Virus record (IMG/VR): IMGVR_UViG_2728369181_000006
Span: 1 to 44,578 of that record
Reading direction: 5' to 3' (one strand)
From: a virus
Lineage: Duplodnaviria > Heunggongvirae > Uroviricota > Caudoviricetes
DNA length: 44,578 nt
A program made the translations under genes and the position numbers. Shown here in pieces: positions 41,288-44,578 of this stretch. How positions within the stretch are numbered: the stretch's first letter is position 1; the number at the start of each line of letters is the position of its first letter. Below the pieces are notes generated by a model. That model was not told the origin of the DNA, searched no databases, and was given only the letters and a program-made list of their open reading frames with translations.

Positions 41288-41586
41288 ATCTATATCGCTG
41301 CCCATTCTGTGGTTCCACTGTGCTTAACATCGGATACTCATTCAATATCAGAGGGAAAATGCGCTATGTGTCATGCAAATGTGGTGCCCAAGGACCAGAA
41401 AAACGAACTAAATCTGAAGCGATTTCTTCATGGAATACTCGAATGAAGGTATGGGTTTATGATCCAGAAACCATATTAAACGCTGAAGAGCGCAGGAGAA
41501 CGGAAGTCTATATTCATAACCTTAATGAAGATGGATTTACACCAGTGCTTGTAAAGGCTACTCCGCAGGAGGTTAACCATGGCTAA
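41284..41586 (+). CDS. Lar-family restriction-alleviation protein with C-terminal extension, 100 aa
   Basis: Lar signature: CPFCGS … CKCGAQGP … EAISSWNTR in the first ~55 aa. Confidence 0.6.
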   Translation: MNLYRCPFCGSTVLNIGYSFNIRGKMRYVSCKCGAQGPEKRTKSEAISSWNTRMKVWVYDPETILNAEERRRTEVYIHNLNEDGFTPVLVKATPQEVNHG

Positions 41587-41649
41587 CCTGCAACTTGACG
41601 TCAAAGGTGAATAACAATCCTCGCACTCGCGGGGATTTCTTTTATCTGA

Positions 41650-41672
41650 ACTCGCTACGGCGAGTTTTGTTT
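41650..41672 (+). terminator. Putative terminator downstream of the Lar-like gene
   Basis: actcgc-tacg-gcgagt followed by tttgttt. Confidence 0.35.
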
Positions 41673-41687
41673 CATGGAGATGATAAA

Positions 41688-41855
41688 TGCACTTCCGAGT
41701 CACAGGTGAATGGAATGGAGAACCATTCAACAGAGTTATCGAAGCAGAGAACATCAACGACTGCTATGACCACTGGATGATATGGGCGCAGATAGCACAT
41801 GCAGACGTAACCAATATTTGTATTGAAGAACTGAAAGAACACCAAGCCGCCTGAT
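41688..41855 (+). CDS. Small ORF, 55 aa, upstream of xis
   Basis: ATG with GGAGA RBS; followed by hairpin agccgcc/ggcggtt plus T-run. Confidence 0.3.
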
Positions 41856-41893
41856 GGCGGTTTTTTCTTGCGTGTAATTGCGGAGACTTTGCG

Positions 41894-42112
41894 ATGTACT
41901 TGACACTTCAGGAGTGGAACGCACGCCAGCGACGCCCAAGAAGCCTTGAAACAGTTCGTCGATGGGTACGCGAGTGCAGGATATTCCCACCACCGGTTAA
42001 GGACGGAAGAGAGTATTTGTTCCACGAATCAGCGGTAAAGGTTGACTTAAATCGACCAGTAACAGGTAGCCTTTTGAAGAGGATCAAAAATGGGAAGAAG
42101 GCGAAGTCATGA
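41894..42112 (+). CDS. xis: Excisionase Xis (lambda-type), 72 aa
   Basis: MYLTLQEWNARQRRPRSLETVRRWVRECRIFPPPVKDGREYLFHESAVKVDLNRP matches lambda Xis as recalled. Confidence 0.9.
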   Translation: MYLTLQEWNARQRRPRSLETVRRWVRECRIFPPPVKDGREYLFHESAVKVDLNRPVTGSLLKRIKNGKKAKS

Positions 42113-43160
42113 GCGCCGGGATTTACCCCCTAATCTTTATATAAGAAACAATGGATATTACTGCTACAGGGACCAAAGGACGGGTAAAGAGTTTGGATTA
42201 GGCCGAGACAGGAGGATAGCAATCACTGAAGCAATACAGGCCAACATTGAGTTATTTTCAGGACACAAACACAAGCCTCTGACAGCGAGAATCAACAGTG
42301 ATAATTCTGTTACGTTACATTCATGGCTTGATCGCTACGAAAAAATCCTCGCCAGCAGAGGAATCAAGCAGAAGACACTTATAAATTACATGAGCAAAAT
42401 TAAAGCAATAAGGAGGGGTCTGCCTGATGCTCCACTTGAAGACATCACCACAAAAGAAATTGCGGCAATGCTCAATGGATACATAGACGAGGGCAAGGCG
42501 GCGTCAGCCAAGTTAATCAGATCAACACTGAGCGATGCATTCCGAGAGGCAATAGCTGAAGGCCATATAACAATAAACCCGGTCGCTGCCACTCGCGCAG
42601 CAAAATCAGAGGTAAGGAGATCAAGACTTACGGCTGACGAATACCTGAAAATTTATCAAGCAGCAGAATCATCACCATGTTGGCTTAGACTTGCAATGGA
42701 ACTGGCTGTTGTTACCGGGCAGCGTGTTGGGGATTTATGCGAAATGAAGTGGTCTGATATCGTAGATGGCTATCTTTATGTCGAGCAAAGCAAAACCGGC
42801 GTAAAAATTGCCATCCCAACAACATTGCATGTTGATGCTCTTGGGATATCAATGAAGGAAACACTTGATAAATGCAAAGAGATTCTTGGCGGAGAAACCA
42901 TAATTGCATCTACTCGTCGTGAACCGCTTTCATCCGGCACAGTATCAAGGTATTTTATGCGCGCACGAAAAGCATCAGGTCTTTCCTTCGAAGGGGATCC
43001 GCCTACCTTTCACGAGTTGCGCAGTTTGTCTGCAAGACTCTATGAGAAGCAGATAAGCGATAAGTTTGCTCAACATCTTCTCGGGCATAAGTCGGACACC
43101 ATGGCATCACAGTATCGTGATGACAGAGGCAGGGAGTGGGACAAAATTGAAATCAAATAA
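42090..43160 (+). CDS. int: Integrase Int (lambda-type tyrosine recombinase), 356 aa
   Basis: MGRRRSHERRDLPPNLYIRNNGYYCYRD… matches lambda Int as recalled; catalytic R…HxxR…Y residues present; overlaps xis. Confidence 0.9.
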   Translation: MGRRRSHERRDLPPNLYIRNNGYYCYRDQRTGKEFGLGRDRRIAITEAIQANIELFSGHKHKPLTARINSDNSVTLHSWLDRYEKILASRGIKQKTLINYMSKIKAIRRGLPDAPLEDITTKEIAAMLNGYIDEGKAASAKLIRSTLSDAFREAIAEGHITINPVAATRAAKSEVRRSRLTADEYLKIYQAAESSPCWLRLAMELAVVTGQRVGDLCEMKWSDIVDGYLYVEQSKTGVKIAIPTTLHVDALGISMKETLDKCKEILGGETIIASTRREPLSSGTVSRYFMRARKASGLSFEGDPPTFHELRSLSARLYEKQISDKFAQHLLGHKSDTMASQYRDDRGREWDKIEIK

Positions 43161-43233
43161 TGATTTTATTTTGACTGATAGTGACCTGTTCGTTGCAACA
43201 AATTGATAAGCAATGCTTTTTTATAATGCCAAC

Positions 43234-43248
43234 TTAGTATAAAAAAGC
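43234..43248. repeat. attL: Lambda att core (prophage left junction, attL-type), preceded by lambda P'-arm sequence
   Basis: ttagtataaaaaagc identical to 1807-1821; 43161-43233 is the reverse complement of the lambda P' arm as recalled. Confidence 0.85.
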
Positions 43249-43294
43249 AGGCTTCAACGGATTCATTTTTCTATTTCATAGCCCGGAGCAACCT

Positions 43295-44578
43295 GTGAAC
43301 ACATTTTCAGTTTCCCGTCTGGCGCTGGCATTGGCTTTTGGCGTGACGCTGACCGCCTGTAGCTCAACACCGCCCGATCAACGTCCTTCTGATCAAACCG
43401 CGCCTGGTACCTCTTCGCGCCCGATTCTGTCGGCAAAAGAAGCGCAGAATTTCGATGCTCAACACTATTTTGCATCCCTGACACCAGGTGCGGCAGCGTG
43501 GAATCCTTCCCCGATTACCCTGCCTGCGCAACCTGACTTTGTTGTCGGCCCGGCGGGTACTCAAGGTGTAACGCATACCACGATTCAGGCGGCGGTAGAT
43601 GCGGCAATTATCAAGCGTACCAACAAGCGCCAGTATATTGCCGTGATGCCTGGTGAGTATCAGGGAACGGTGTATGTCCCTGCCGCTCCGGGTGGAATTA
43701 CTCTGTACGGTACAGGTGAAAAACCGATTGATGTGAAGATTGGGCTTTCCCTTGATGGTGGCATGAGCCCTGCCGACTGGCGTCACGACGTCAACCCGCG
43801 CGGCAAATATATGCCAGGTAAACCGGCGTGGTATATGTACGATAGCTGCCAGAGTAAACGCAGCGACAGTATCGGTGTTCTCTGCTCTGCGGTCTTCTGG
43901 TCACAAAACAATGGCCTGCAACTGCAAAACCTGACCATCGAAAACACGCTGGGCGATAGCGTAGATGCGGGTAACCATCCGGCGGTGGCACTGCGTACTG
44001 ATGGCGACAAAGTGCAGATCAATAACGTCAACATTCTCGGTCGTCAGAACACCTTCTTTGTCACCAACAGCGGTGTGCAGAACCGTCTGGAAACGAATCG
44101 CCAGCCGCGTACGCTGGTGACCAACAGCTATATTGAAGGGGATGTGGATATCGTTTCTGGTCGCGGCGCAGTGGTGTTCGATAACACCGAATTCCGCGTG
44201 GTGAACTCCCGTACCCAGCAAGAAGCGTATGTGTTTGCACCGGCTACGCTGTCCAACATTTACTACGGTTTCCTCGCCGTAAACAGCCGTTTCAATGCTT
44301 CCGGTGATGGCGTGGCGCAACTGGGCCGCTCGCTGGATGTTGATGCCAATACCAACGGTCAGGTAGTGATCCGTGATAGCGCCATCAACGAAGGTTTTAA
44401 CACAGCCAAACCGTGGGCTGATGCGGTGATCTCTAATCGTCCGTTTGCGGGTAACACCGGCAGCGTTGATGATAACGACGAAGTACAGCGCAATCTGAAT
44501 GACACTAACTACAACCGCATGTGGGAATACAATAACCGCGGCGTGGGTAGCAAAGTGGTTGCAGAGGCGAAGAAGTAG
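43295..44578 (+). CDS. ybhC: Host lipoprotein YbhC (pectinesterase-family acyl-CoA thioesterase), 427 aa
   Basis: GTG start; lipoprotein signal LTAC; pectinesterase-like beta-helix region; K-12 neighbour of the lambda attachment site. Confidence 0.8.
   Translation: MNTFSVSRLALALAFGVTLTACSSTPPDQRPSDQTAPGTSSRPILSAKEAQNFDAQHYFASLTPGAAAWNPSPITLPAQPDFVVGPAGTQGVTHTTIQAAVDAAIIKRTNKRQYIAVMPGEYQGTVYVPAAPGGITLYGTGEKPIDVKIGLSLDGGMSPADWRHDVNPRGKYMPGKPAWYMYDSCQSKRSDSIGVLCSAVFWSQNNGLQLQNLTIENTLGDSVDAGNHPAVALRTDGDKVQINNVNILGRQNTFFVTNSGVQNRLETNRQPRTLVTNSYIEGDVDIVSGRGAVVFDNTEFRVVNSRTQQEAYVFAPATLSNIYYGFLAVNSRFNASGDGVAQLGRSLDVDANTNGQVVIRDSAINEGFNTAKPWADAVISNRPFAGNTGSVDDNDEVQRNLNDTNYNRMWEYNNRGVGSKVVAEAKK

Noticed and set aside
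41672-42025. Minus-strand ORFs (117 aa and 79 aa) across the xis region
   Set aside because: Antisense to lambda-type xis and the upstream small ORF; no RBS; shadow ORFs.

Overview
This window is an E. coli chromosomal attachment-site locus for phage lambda (host genes ybhB at 1240-1716 and ybhC at 43295-44578) occupied by a ~41.4 kb mosaic lambdoid prophage (about 1807-43248), bounded by 15-bp lambda att core direct repeats. An IS200/IS605-family tnpB lies at the left edge (1-1131). The prophage combines lambda-type modules (int/xis/att, cI/cro with OL/OR operators, nin genes, Q with pR', lysis genes S/R/Rz/Rz1) with P22-type modules (N with GACAA-loop boxB nut sites, O-like initiator plus DnaB-type helicase, the mnt-arc-ant immI region, and a complete P22-like virion gene set from small terminase to tailspike). 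The candidates most worth follow-up are a Panacea-domain antitoxin with a tightly coupled unknown partner next to immI (5984-6861), and a two-gene cassette co-transcribed with cI in the place where lambda carries rexAB (32545-33292). Other cargo includes a putative SieA-like membrane protein, a Tad2/DUF2829-like protein, a Lar-family restriction-alleviation gene and RecT. Two apparent gene lesions are visible directly in the sequence: a frameshift in the large terminase within a 7-nt homopolymer run, and an in-frame TGA in a ninF-like ORF. All homology calls are from reading the translated ORFs against remembered reference sequences; no database search was run.
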